DNA of 63,782 nt, filler included, from Folioceros fuciformis (Eukaryota): the NCBI GenBank assembly GCA_049999805.1. It is 13 parts of 13 records of this genome, joined end to end, with 100 filler letters (N's around TTAATTAATTAA, not from the genome) between each part and the next. Parts side by side here need not be neighbours in the genome. Positions count along the whole stretch, not along the records: positions 6,818 to 15,406 come from JBNGIO010003216.1; positions 15,507 to 19,786 come from JBNGIO010003218.1; positions 19,887 to 24,544 come from JBNGIO010003219.1; 10 more parts are not named here. One strand, 5' to 3'. Under the pieces are notes generated by a model that saw nothing but the letters and a program-made list of their open reading frames with translations, ran no database searches and had not been told where the DNA came from. The position numbers and the translations under genes are program-made. Below are positions 11,431 through 23,440 of the stretch, piece after piece. The stretch's first letter is position 1; each line of letters starts with the position of its first letter.

Positions 11431-14400
11431 TGGAACCTTTCCATGTTAGCCAGCTTCACTCTGGCAATCGGCTCACATTCCTCGTCCTCGTGATCCAGCA
11501 GATGCATCTTGCACGTTCTGGTAACAAGTCCTCTTCAGATTCAATTCTTGAAAGCTGCGATCCCAAACTCCTTCCTGCCTAGAGGTCCTCAAAGCGCCTG
11601 GCTCAGCTCTTCACGACAAGTTCCGAATTGTCATCAATCACAAGAGATGGAGCTCCGAGGTTCTGCAAACGTTGTACCACAAATAAATGAATCCTAGATG
11701 CCCACGGAATGAGCACCCGAAGCATAGAAATAGAGCGAGAGCACCTGATTGATCCAGAATCGGTGGATAGCCGAGTCCATCTGCAACATAGATTTGTGGG
11801 CTGCACGGCAGCGTTTGATTTAAGCTGATTGCATTATGCTGCGCGCAGACTGCACTTCTCTGGACTGGACGGTGTGAGCCACTGTGAGTGGATGGATGGT
11901 CGTACGTGTCGAAAAGGGGGGCTGGATGCAAACGAAGATTACTCGGACAACAAGTGGATTTGGTAAAAGAAATTTTGCCATCCGGCTTACTACGAATCAC
12001 ATAGTGCTGGCTAGCAGCAGGTGCAGAGTTCAACATACAGGTATTGTAATTTATTTCACCCTGGAAAAGGAGGCTTATTAGCTAGGCGCACATGCATCGG
12101 TAATAAACTACCTAACACACAGTTCTATCTTTCGGTCCTCATATGACGTCTCCACCAGAAAAAGTACCGCCGCACAGAACTCTATCAAAGTTCTGTTCTG
12201 GTGCTCGTCGACCGCCTCCATCGCCTTCACCGAGGCTTGTGGAAGACGACCACCAGCTTGCGACGCGCAGAGTGAACCTGGAACTTATGCGTCACTGCAA
12301 CCACAAAGAAGTATTGGTTTGGTCATGAACTGAAATCAAGGCTTGGCTCAGCCGGGCCTGGGAGAGCCACGCTGCAAGACAGCGCAAGACTGAAGAGGAG
12401 CAAGGAGCGCTTGAAAACGATGAAAGATCGTTCAAGCTAGAAGCAGGGAAGGTACAGGAAGAAGATTACCCGGCTCCAGTTCTTCACACTCTTCTAACGA
12501 AAGGGAGGGCAATTCCCGGGAGTTGTTCCTCGGCTTCCCTCCACATGAGTGTCGTGAATATTCTGCGCATGCCCTGCACAGCATCGTCCATCTCTTTTTG
12601 ATCGTGAGCTTCCGAGTCCTCGATGTCCTCCTCTCGATCGGAAAGGTGAGGGTAGTCGTTACCGAACTGTTCAGCCTCTTCGATCTCCATCTCCGTGTGC
12701 TGGTTCTCGACGAACGACCCCGACGCCTCGACCTCGCCCCCTCTAGCGCTGTTCTCCAGCACTTTCTCGGAAGGTACGTCTCCCCTCATGGGATCCGAGC
12801 TCCCGCTGGCTGTGGCGGAGTCGGACCAGGAGGACTGGCCGGCCTCGATGTCGTGGTCGTCGTTGTCAGGGGTAGCCGGAGCCTTGCCCTTTTGCTCGGC
12901 TGAGAAGCGAGACAGAGGCAGGCGGGGGCGCGGGCTGTGGCTTTCTCCGAAACCGTCCATGGCGAGAATGAGGGATTGCTCGAAGGAGCAGCAAGCAGAG
13001 AGACCAGAGGGTAGCGAGATCGCCGGAAAGCAAGAGCAGACAAGGAGACGAGGAAAGCTTGGAAGCTTGGAAGAGCGAAAGCTGGAAGGCGTGGAGAAAT
13101 GCGAGGCGAAGGCCCGTATTTATAGTCGCCATGGCCTGGTTTCACTCCGAGGTAAGAGAGGGATTCACACGCTCAAGCTTCTCCCCTCCAGGACGCAGCA
13201 GTAGGTAATCGGAAGGACAGATTGTCTGCAGCGCAAGCATTGAAGATGCTCAGAGTACTCACCGCTGCCCTGTGGATTCTTTCTGCATGCTGTCCTGACC
13301 AGGAGAACCAGTGTCCTGTCTGGCTCAACTCCGGGATGCCAGTCTAGCGGGCGGGCTAGCTCGTCGTCCTTTGAGGTAATCCGATGCCCCGGGCTTCCCA
13401 AGCTCTTCCAATCAGCTCTCGGAAGTACAACCTACCCCCTTCCATCGCCCCACGCTTGAGGTAGGTTGATTTCAGGCGCTGCAGCTGCACAGCCCTGCCC
13501 CCTTGCAACTGGCCTGGCTGCACAATCCGGTCATCAGAGCGAGCGTTGAACATCGCTGTCCTTCCCTGCCTTAATTGCCTCTCGAATCACTTCTCCACGC
13601 GCAGCAGTAGCAGTAGTTTGAAGACGCTGTCCTCTCCCAGCTTAGCTTTCCTTAACTTAGGGTTCATTCATTCATGCACCTTGCAGAGTTTATGGACCCG
13701 GAACAAGTCCAGGCTCAGATTTCGACATGCTCACGCTGGAATTACAAGACATGTTTGGATCTCTAACTGTGTTTGCCAAACCCGATTGCATCAGGAACGA
13801 GCGTCCTATTCACTCACTCAAGAGGTCACAACGCTGAGTCAAGCCTGCAATGCATCTGGTCAGGTAGCTTGCTGGCAAGTCGAAAACAGTACATGATGCA
13901 GATAATGGGAGCTGGTCCTGGAAGCCTGTGGCAGGAAGCATTGAGGTTGCGTCGCTCAAGCAGCTTCTTCCTGATTGCTGGATTAAGCGGAGTTGCTGAA
14001 GGTACGAGGTGAAGGGCCGGGGCCCAGAGCCCGGCAGTCCGTCCCGAGAGCTGTCGGAGAAGTAGTGGGAACGGATAGGCAGAGGCGCAGCAGGGCAGGA
14101 CCGGTCGGGGCCCGCCCCCCCCCGGTCCGGCGGCTACGTCCGATTCCCATTAACGCTGTCAGGGAGAGGCCCAGTGCTGGCCGGTGTAGGTCGCCATCGC
14201 CACTAATGCTCCCTCGCCTCGGCCTGGCTTCTTACGCCTCACTCCCTCCTTTCCCTTTCACATGGCTACCAAGCGTTACGCAACTTACGCCCTCTCTCTG
14301 TGTCTTGCAGCCTCGCCTCGCTCACACCATACGGGCCGGCTCCTCCCGTCACGAATTCTGGAAGCCTCGCGAGTCACGGCGACATAGGCTTCTCCCATTG

Positions 14401-14615
14401 CAACAACAAGACCTCGTTTAACACCAACATAGCAACCGGAATGCGCAATTGGAGTGACCAACGAACAAGTAGCTACATAGTTGGTACAATCTAAGCTAAG
14501 CATACTAGATAACGAGGCGCCTTGCCTTGCCTTGCCCCTATTTCACCATGAAAGAGAGTATGTATGTACCACGAACCAGGCTTTTACGAAACAAGATATT
14601 TATAGCAAGACAGTC

Positions 14616-15316
14616 AAAGATCCAAACATGGACATGGAAAGGGATCTGTTCTTTGGTCTCCATATCATATAAGGACCTCGAGATACTACGACCTTGATAT
14701 TATGTAACTCGTTGTCCTATTCCATGCACACGTAGTTAATTTTGACACCTTTTGTACGAAATCCAACCAAACTTTCATACTCGAGACATCTTTTGCATGG
14801 AAATCCGACTACTAAATTTTCGTACATCTGACATTTCGTGACCTAACTTCTGACGTCTTTTGCATGGAAATCCAACTAACTAAACTTACGTACGTATGAC
14901 ATCACGTAACCTAAACCCTAAATCTTAAACCCTGAACCCTAAACCCTAAACCCAAAGATCCAAACATGGACATGAAAATGGACCTGTTCTTTCGTCTCCA
15001 TATCGTATAAGGACCTCGAGATATTGCAACCTGGATATTATGTAACTCGTCGTCCTATTCCATGCACACGTAGTTAACTTCTGACACCTTTTGTAGGAAA
15101 TCCAACCAAACTTTTGTACAACCGACTTCGTTTGAACGAACGTCCAACATCTTTTACCTCGAAATCCAACCAAACTGTTGTACATCCGACATCTTTTGCA
15201 TGGAAATCCAACTAACTAAACTATCATACGTCTGACATCTCGTAACCTAAACCCTAAACCCTAAACCCCTAAACCCTAAACCCTAAACCACCTAAACCAC
15301 CTAAACCCTAAACCCT
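14616..15316 (+). repeat. Two ~338-bp tandem units, each ending in plant telomeric (CCCTAAA)n repeats
   Basis: AAAGATCCAAACATGGACATG... at about 14616 and 14954. TAAACCC arrays at about 14911-14953 and 15247-15316. Internal GACATCTTTTGCATGGAAATCC subrepeats. Confidence 0.85.
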
Positions 15317-15506
15317 TTTGACATCTTTTGCATAGAAATCCAATCAAGCTTTTGGCATCTTGACATCTTTTGCATAGAAATCCAATCAAGCTTTTGGCAT
15401 CTTGACNNNNNNNNNNNNNNNNNNNNNNNNNNNNNNNNNNNNNNNNNNNNTTAATTAATTAANNNNNNNNNNNNNNNNNNNNNNNNNNNNNNNNNNNNNN
15501 NNNNNN

Positions 15507-15650
15507 ATACCTTTAGATATCTTCAGATAAAACATCACAAAACAAAGCATTCAAATACCTTTAGATATCTTCAGATAAAACATCACAAAACAAAGCATTC
15601 ATATACCTTTAGATATCTTTAGATAAAACATCACAAAATAGAGCATTCTC
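15507..15650. repeat. 48-bp tandem repeat, 3 copies
   Basis: ATACCTTTAGATATCTTCAGATAAAACATCACAAAACAAAGCATTCAA at 15507, 15555 and 15603. Confidence 0.9.
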
Positions 15651-16720
15651 ATAGCATGTGTGAGAACAGCATGGCTGCTGTTCTTTCAGTAGGTGAGAAC
15701 AGCATGCATGCGAGAAAACTGTGAATAGCATGCTTGCGAGAAAATCTGCGAGAAAATTGCAAAAACATGCATGCGAGAAAACTACGAACAAAATGCCTAC
15801 GAGAAAACTGCAAATAGCATGCCTGTGAGAAAATTGCGAATAGCAGCACGTTGGTCTACGCACTGTAGGTACTCTAGGTAGGGTTTGTAGACGGGCAATG
15901 CTTCTTCGGGCTCAAAGCTACGCGGCAAAGTGGGCGAGAACGAATAGTTCTCGTCAAGAAAGATGGCCAAACGTGCTACCAAGATCGGAGAAAGTGCACC
16001 AAGAAACTGAGTGTGTTTGCACGCATCGGATTGTATTTCACGGTAATTACAGAGTTGAAAATTATCGTAAACTGTATTTTTATTTTACATACATATGTAA
16101 TTTTACAATATAGGGTATAATTATATGATATGTAATTATATTTTTCTTTACTGTAAAATATAAGTGTAAAATAAGATTTTGCCTTATAATAGTAATTATG
16201 ATAGTAACTACCACAAAAAATGGGTCTTCCCGAATACCCACAAGCCTATTTTCAATCCATCGCCGGTTGTTGGCCAGGTTCGCACCAAACTCGTCCCCTA
16301 TATTCTTGTGGTATAAGTATGTCGAGGTCTATATACATTTGTTTGAATACTTTCATATTCTTGAAGCTGCACTTCGGCGGCAAAGTGCATTCACGGGTTA
16401 TGGAGATTCACAGGCCTTTGCTCTTCAGACTTTTGATCGACTTTTGGGTTATCTTTCCTTCCTTTAGGCTGGATTCACATAATGTTACGGTGACAGGTCG
16501 GTCCTCGCACGTTTGCTCGGGCCAAGTCTTTCCATGATCGGCCGCACCGTTTCACATATAGGGTGATGGAATGGTTTCACCATCGTGATGATGTGGTTAA
16601 TTACTCATATTATTTAATATAATGAGATGTAGGTATTATCATTATTAGGTAATATAATAAGAGACATAAAAGTGTACTTATCTCCTGGCTTCGTTCATCG
16701 CTTGGTTTCATTCGCGCATC

Positions 16721-18199
16721 ATGGCACTGCCACATTCCCTTGACTACCTATGAGCTATGATTGCAATGGAACCTAAGTACATGTCCTTCTTGCAAGCAAT
16801 CATATTGGGTGTCCTTGTGCACAAAGCCATTGAAGCAGCTGATTCATCATCATTAGCATTGGTGTTGGGTTCTTGGGGCATTGTTTTGCAGTTGCAAGTT
16901 CAAGATAGTTGGCCTTTCAAGATAGTTGGCCTTTTTTGATATATAGACATATGTGAGAAGCCAGTCATTTTTTGACCAACAGCTCATGGGCTCATATAGT
17001 GATGCAATGTTCAAGAGAAGAATCCGCATTTCAAAGGCCACATTCCACACCATCTGTGCCAAGCTCAATCCTATCCTCACAACTCGAGATACTTCATATA
17101 TAGGAAAGCTGTGCCACTTGAACATAAAGTTGCTATGTCCTTACTCAAGCTTGCAGGAGGTGATAGATTGCAGGTAATTGGGGATCTCTTCGCATACGGA
17201 ACATTTACTGTCTGTGTATGTGTTCACCAATTTTGTGCATCTTTGGTGCAAACCTTACATGATATATATATTTCATGGCCATCGGTGGCTCGTATGCAGA
17301 GGTATGCTAGCCAGTTTGAAGCCATTAGAGGCATTCCATTTGTTGTAGGGGTTGTGGAAGGGAACCACATACCAATCATAGGACCTTCTATAAACAAGGC
17401 AGACTATTATAACCGCAAGGGCTTTTACTCTCAGTTGCTACAACTTATGGTTTCTACCCCTTGCTATGTATGTGATTATGATTTCGGTTGAGTAGGTAGC
17501 CTTAATGATTGGAACTTGTTCAAGCATACCACACTTGGGCAAATGTGTGATCGTAGTAAGCTAGGACAATATAGTTTGGTGGGTGATGCAGGGTACTGGC
17601 CCCGTATTTACATGTTGACACCATACCTAGGACGGATTTTCACCAATACAGCAGAATTGGAACTTTGTCTAGAGTAGTACTCGCATGGTTGTAGAGCGTG
17701 CATTTGGCATGTTAAAAACTCGTTTCATGTGCCTTCTTTATGGCTGGACATGAAACAGAAATATGTCCCTAGAGTGGTGCAAGCATGTCTTATCCTACAT
17801 AATATGTATGTCATGTCTTATCCTACATAATATGTACATACAGGAAAGGGATAGTTTTGATAATGCATGGCTTGAAGAGACAATTCATGATTGTGAAAGT
17901 TGTGTACTTGTGATATGGAGACAGAGGCGAGTAACATAGCAAGGGAATCTTTATTTGAAATCAATGGAGTAAGAGCTCGCAATGCCATGCCCTTAGTTCA
18001 TAGTGGTGGTACTTATGACCACGGGGATAGAAACGAGCTCGAGCTTCCCGGGTATGCAGAACGCGTTCGAAGAATTTCTGCCATCGCACATGCCCTGTAC
18101 AGTGCAAAGACACACGTAGTAATCCGGAACACATTTCCGAATGATAATGAAATGACCGAAAGCATGAGTGAGAGTGAATGGAGTGTAAGTGAGAGTTAA
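16721..18199 (+). pseudogene. PIF/Harbinger DDE transposase (HARBI1/ALP1-like), disrupted
   Basis: FKRRIRISKATFHTIC, LEHKVAMSLLKLAGG, VVGVVEGNHIPI (cf. GAIDGTHIPI), YYNRKGFYS, GSLND, LVGDAGY, RMVVERAFGMLKTRF. Several stops and frameshifts. Confidence 0.9.
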
Positions 18200-18235
18200 T
18201 ACAATTTAAGGCTAGGAAGATGCTATCATTTCATA

Positions 18236-19285
18236 TCACTTGTTTCCTAGAGCACTTGCCAAGACAGTGATGGCTTGAGTCAAGCTCTGTAATAAAGTAA
18301 TTTTTTGGCCTTCACTATTTTCTACGTTCCTTATAAGGCTTTCTAAGAGCTGCACAGATAACATATGATTATCTACGTCTCCATCACTACGAGACCTTGA
18401 CCGCTTCTTCACTTCCGTGTTTTGCCTACCTTGAGAAGTAGGTGTACTTGAATGCCTATCAACACCACTTGGCTCTTGTGGTTGTGAACAACATGAGGGA
18501 TCAGGTGATGGGCCTCCATGGTCTTCCTCCTGTGAACCAGCACTTGTCTGTGAGTCGGAATGTGAATCCACATGGCTTCCTAGGAGACAAACCACATGAG
18601 CTCTTTCTCCTATGTACCTGTCTATAAGATCAAACCAAAGACACTTATCAGACTTGGCATTCCCTGAAATATCATTTAGGGCCTTATCGTGCTTATAGTC
18701 ATTGTAGATTGTTTTCCATTTTTGTCGGCATGCTTCTCCATTCTTGTCAAAGTCGGGACAAATGAAAGACAGCTTGATTACCATCTTATTCTATACGTCA
18801 ATGCCTGTACAGTGCGAGGAGAACGGGTGAGAAGGAAGTACGATCAGAAATGAGAAGCACAATCACTGTAGGGTGATGAGGAACCATACCTTGTTTGGGA
18901 GTGTTGTCAAACTCCACTTGTAATCTTCCTCAAACATGAATGAGGTTGACGACATAATGGTCCTTCCACAATTCCCCTCGCAAGCGCCCAGTTGTTGTTT
19001 GTGTGGTGGTGGCATTATCCAACTCCTTTGGCACAAGCTTCCCACGTGGCTTCTTGGTAGTAGGTGGTGGTGGTGTAGCGGATGGCAAGCTTGCAATAGT
19101 GGAAGGAGGGGAGGTAGAGGAGAAGAGGAAAAGAGTGGTGGAGAAGAGAAAAATGATTGTTTTTTGTACGAGGGGAAAAAGGCATAGCTTGACCCAACTT
19201 GCGACGCAAAAGTGGGAGGAGAAACATCTATAAGTTGTGGTGCAAAAGGTGAAAAGGTAGCATCTCCTTGAGTGAGGTACGCCAT
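18236..19285 (-). pseudogene. Harbinger Myb/SANT (trihelix) DNA-binding ORF, convergent with the transposase; one intron at 18889-18805
   Basis: LWQDYHVVNLI..., then GT-AG splice to GIDV*NKMVIKL..DKNGEACRQKWKTIYNDYK...CLWFDLID. This is the typical second ORF of PIF/Harbinger elements. Confidence 0.85.
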
Positions 19286-19886
19286 GAAAGTCTCGTCAAA
19301 GTACGCGGTGCAGGAGAGCTCATAGCAACGAATGATTGACCCCTACTCAACAAAGAATGAAATTTTGTGTCTTTTCCATCCTTATGTAAGGATATTTGAG
19401 CGGGCAAGATTCAAGTTGTGAGGCAACCATGGCAGGCAAACTTGAGCGAGCGCCAAGGTTTGAGTTTCGAACACGCTCGCACACATGCCATGGCGAGCGG
19501 GGGCACTTGCTATGAGTTTACAGCATCGTAATTTGAACAAGTAAATATGCCATGAGGCAACACATCATTGTACGTAAAAACTCAATCGGTGTGTGTCAGT
19601 TTCGACCGGCCTCATGAGGCCGGTCGAAACTGGCATAATTTCATGCGGTATTCTCGAGTGACCGAGCTCTTTGTGTGAAAGGTAGGAAATGATCTCGACC
19701 AATAAAAACGTCTGGATTTGTCCACCATCACCATATGTGATTTTTGATTAAATGAATATGCAGATTAAATCAACATGTTGATCAATNNNNNNNNNNNNNN
19801 NNNNNNNNNNNNNNNNNNNNNNNNNNNNNNTTAATTAATTAANNNNNNNNNNNNNNNNNNNNNNNNNNNNNNNNNNNNNNNNNNNN

Positions 19887-19958
19887 TATATGACAGACAT
19901 CTATACTAAATTATATGACAGACATCTATACTAAATTATATGACAGACATCTATACTA
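19887..19958. repeat. 25-bp tandem repeat, about 3 copies
   Basis: TATATGACAGACATCTATACTAAAT repeated. Confidence 0.9.
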
Positions 19959-20048
19959 GATTTTAAAGTGTATTTCCATATAAAGTACATATTTGAAAAA
20001 AAAAAAAGTGTGTCCAACCACTGTCCCTATTGATATTCATGCTCAGAG

Positions 20049-23000
20049 GTCATTGATGCCAGAGCGAGCCATACCTGTCCAGCAGGGAAAAACAACTTGC
20101 TCAAACCCACTTATACATTTCAGGATGTATTCCAAATTGATGCAGAATAGCAAAGAAAACACTCAAAATATCCTGCTGGATAGGAACATCCTTTGATAGT
20201 CGAAAGCCATACCTGCAAACCGTAAGTGTACGGGAAATTGAATTACAAGACTAGCAAATACCAGTCATTCCTAGTGCAGCATAGTGCTCAAATCTTTTGA
20301 GTGCATGAAGTTCACGCTTTCACCAGGAAACGGCAATCTCTCTGCAAACTTGTGATGCAGATGTCGAGTACGATATCCTGATCGACAAATTCGCACCACT
20401 TCCAGCACACCACAACATTGTAGTTGCTGCAACACTAGCTCCTGCTCATACACCCCTGGATGCTGTGAAGTGCTTGGTTTAATGAAGCGAATGAAGTGAG
20501 GGGCTGTGCTCTCCAGTCTTTGCATCCATTTCGACAACTGGCCCTGCACTCATAGACAAGCCACATATTCACGTCTTGCTTCACACATCAGATCCAAATA
20601 CCCCGTGTACCTTGTTCATGAAAACTTAGTAACTTGAACTTGGTTGCCACAGTCTGCTTCTGTGATTCATTGACTGCAAGTCCTCTCCTTATTGAACTGA
20701 TCAATTTCTTTACACTTTGAGAAATCTCGGCTGCAAAGAGCTGGGGCTCCGGGCACTCCCAGAATAAAAGAAGATTTAGAGGCTCGGCATGCAACAGATC
20801 CCTGTTCTCCTCCAAAAATCCTGTTCAATCATACACAACCTGCAAGCGGTGACAGGGTTGTAGCCTTCACACATTAACTGAACGCAGTTCTGGCATTGTA
20901 CAATAAAGGGGACAAAAGGCAGGATCTTACTTACATCTCCTGCATGATGGCAAGTCCGGAACAGGGATGTGTTGCATGCCGACCAGGAATCCGGGTCTGG
21001 AAACAAACGTTTCCCTGTTCCGGATGTTTCCAGCAATGAGATCAACCCAAGAGGTCTCTGCAAACCCGAGCATTGGCATTGGTGATTCATGACTGCCTCA
21101 ACTGCTGTATTCTCTCCATTGCAGGGATAGAACTTTATACCTCAAGGGAGGTCAACCGACCTTCTCTATCAGATCTAGACATTCTTCATTATCTTCAAAA
21201 TCAACTTCGGTCCAATCAATCTCCTCTGACGTGTACTCCTGAAATGGATATGAATGAGCTATCTTTAGTAGTGAAACTTAAACAGAATGACGAACAGTCC
21301 AACTGAACTATGTTCAATAAAAGGTTGACAAGTAGACATTGCATACAAAAAATGCACAAGGGCTAGCGACATGGCACCTCTTGCTCGAGTTTAAACAAGT
21401 GTCTGTTGAAATGCTGCTGCAACCTTTCATTCGAAGAAATCATAAATCATCGCTCAAAGATGTTTCTCTGCCCATGACACACGAGGAATTATACTTCAAG
21501 ACACTTCCTGTCTCAAAGACATGATAAAGCATAGAGAAACAATTTCTCCCAAGCGCTTCAAGCAAGATTATACCTTGAAAGACTCAAACCCATAAATGTC
21601 CACAATACTCATAGATCTGCCAGTCCTGCGCTTGCCCACTTCCAGGGATTTGTTGACACGTTCCACCAGCAACTCCAACAGTCCTGCATAGACAGATTTA
21701 GCCAGTGCATCTCTAGGGTCGATAGCCTGACAACACAGAAGGCTTTACAAAGGTGAGCACACAGTGAACGGAATTCACCACAGTAACATTATCTGGACAA
21801 AAGCTTAACGGAACACACCACACCTGGGCGACGTGAAGACTTCGTACTGCGTCATCAGACCCAGCTCGCATCTTTGTTAAGCACAGAGCTGAAGTCAGGT
21901 CTTCCGCTTTGCATGGCAACAAATGTGCAGCTGCTTCAAGGGCTGAGAAATGACAGAGTACCCTTCAGCAAAAACGAAGACTGAAATTTGTGACGTACGA
22001 CTTACACCAACCAATTTGAGAATCCACTGGCCCTACTCACCTTCAACCTCAACCACATTTACATGACCATCATTCTCCACCACATGGAAGGAAATGCTTC
22101 CAATACAGAGCACTGCTGAAATCATGGCAAATGCAACTTCTTGATCCTCTTCGCTGATTTGCACAACATTCATTGCGCTCTGGAAACAGAGAACAAGGCA
22201 TATGGTCATTAGAGACCAAGACGTCAGACAAACAGAAAACCACCGGAGCAAGTACCAAAGAGATATAAACAGGTCGCATCGAGCATTTAAACACTCATTG
22301 CTTACCATAACAGCATGAAACTGGTGTCCATCATTCACATTCTCGATCCGCATACAATCACTTTGGTTCAAGAACCGATTATGCTCGGCTGGCCTGACCC
22401 ACAATCTCTGTACGTAGAGTTCAAGAAAAGGTATGAAGACCCGATGCAAAGCAGAAGAAACCTCTGCTAATCAATAATTTCTACAGGTGGCCGAATTCGG
22501 CAATACCTCCAAAGAGACCTATCAACCCCAGAACAGAGCTGATAAAATATGTGATAATTCCGCTCGCCTTTTGCCTTTTCTCCAGGATGAGAATCAGCAT
22601 GTGCTAGAGAGACAAATAGGTGGACAGACACACAGAGTTCCTGAGAGTTACCTTCTCCGGCAAGTCTGTAAAGGTCCAGGAAACAGACAGGAACATGCAA
22701 CCAAAACCGATTGGGTAACCGTGAGACGATCCAGCTGCTGCACAATTGCACAGGTATACAAAGAAGATATAGGGTAGCACAAGCCGGAAGACACGCTTAC
22801 ATGTTTGAATCTTGGCACCACATATCTTGCCCGATCTAGCAAAACGTATGCCAATGAACTTTCCCTGCAGAAAAACCCCGCAGCAGCCCCCACACCCATG
22901 TGATGAGCTATGAATCTTGATGGCACGCCAGCTGAGTGAAGGATGTGATGAACAAATACTCACACAACGACTAGAGTTGTCAATTTTAAGCGTTTTGGCG

Positions 23001-23440
23001 TTTCCAGAAGCCTCCAAATTGGATTGGTTTGCAGTATGTCATTCTCAACACCACTACCCCCTCCAAGAACAGCAATCAGATTCGGAAAAAAAAGATGGAT
23101 TACCTTCATGTCCGACATGTGGTATGCCAGTATCTGATGATTATGGACTAATTAATCTCGTCTGCAAAACAATTCAGGACCGGCGAGCACCGTGAAAGAT
23201 CGTTCTCACTTCACCTAGGCAAAAGCACATAGTCTTTGCCTTTGGAAGCGCACGACATGCAAGAGTCTTCTGCACTAACCTGAAATCTTTGCATTGTAAG
23301 CACTACCTGCCACAAGGTACACGTGAGGACTCAAATTTTCCCCATTCTTCCGATAAGCTTGGACATGATCAGCCTAATAATACAAGGGTACTTTCTTGAA
23401 GGGATTGACAGCAATCAACACAGGTCCAGCTCTAGTCTGC
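20049..23440 (-). pseudogene. Class VIII myosin motor-domain pseudogene (intron-containing)
   Basis: Exonic remnants: AGPVLIAVNPFK, NAKTLKIDNSSR, ERNYHIFYQLCSG, KQTVATKFK, MQRLESTAPHFIRFIKP, LQQLQCCGVLEVVRICRSGY. Stops, frameshifts and missing exons. Confidence 0.9.

Larger units (their letters stand above)
16467..19786. mobile_element. PIF/Harbinger DNA transposon (right end not identified)
   Basis: Transposase plus Myb ORF pair. Candidate left end TTA|GGCTGGATTCACAT at about 16464-16480. Confidence 0.75.

Noticed and set aside
18560-18572. ATGTGAATCCAC resembling the Harbinger right TIR
   Set aside because: Lies inside the Myb coding region with no TSD; likely coincidental
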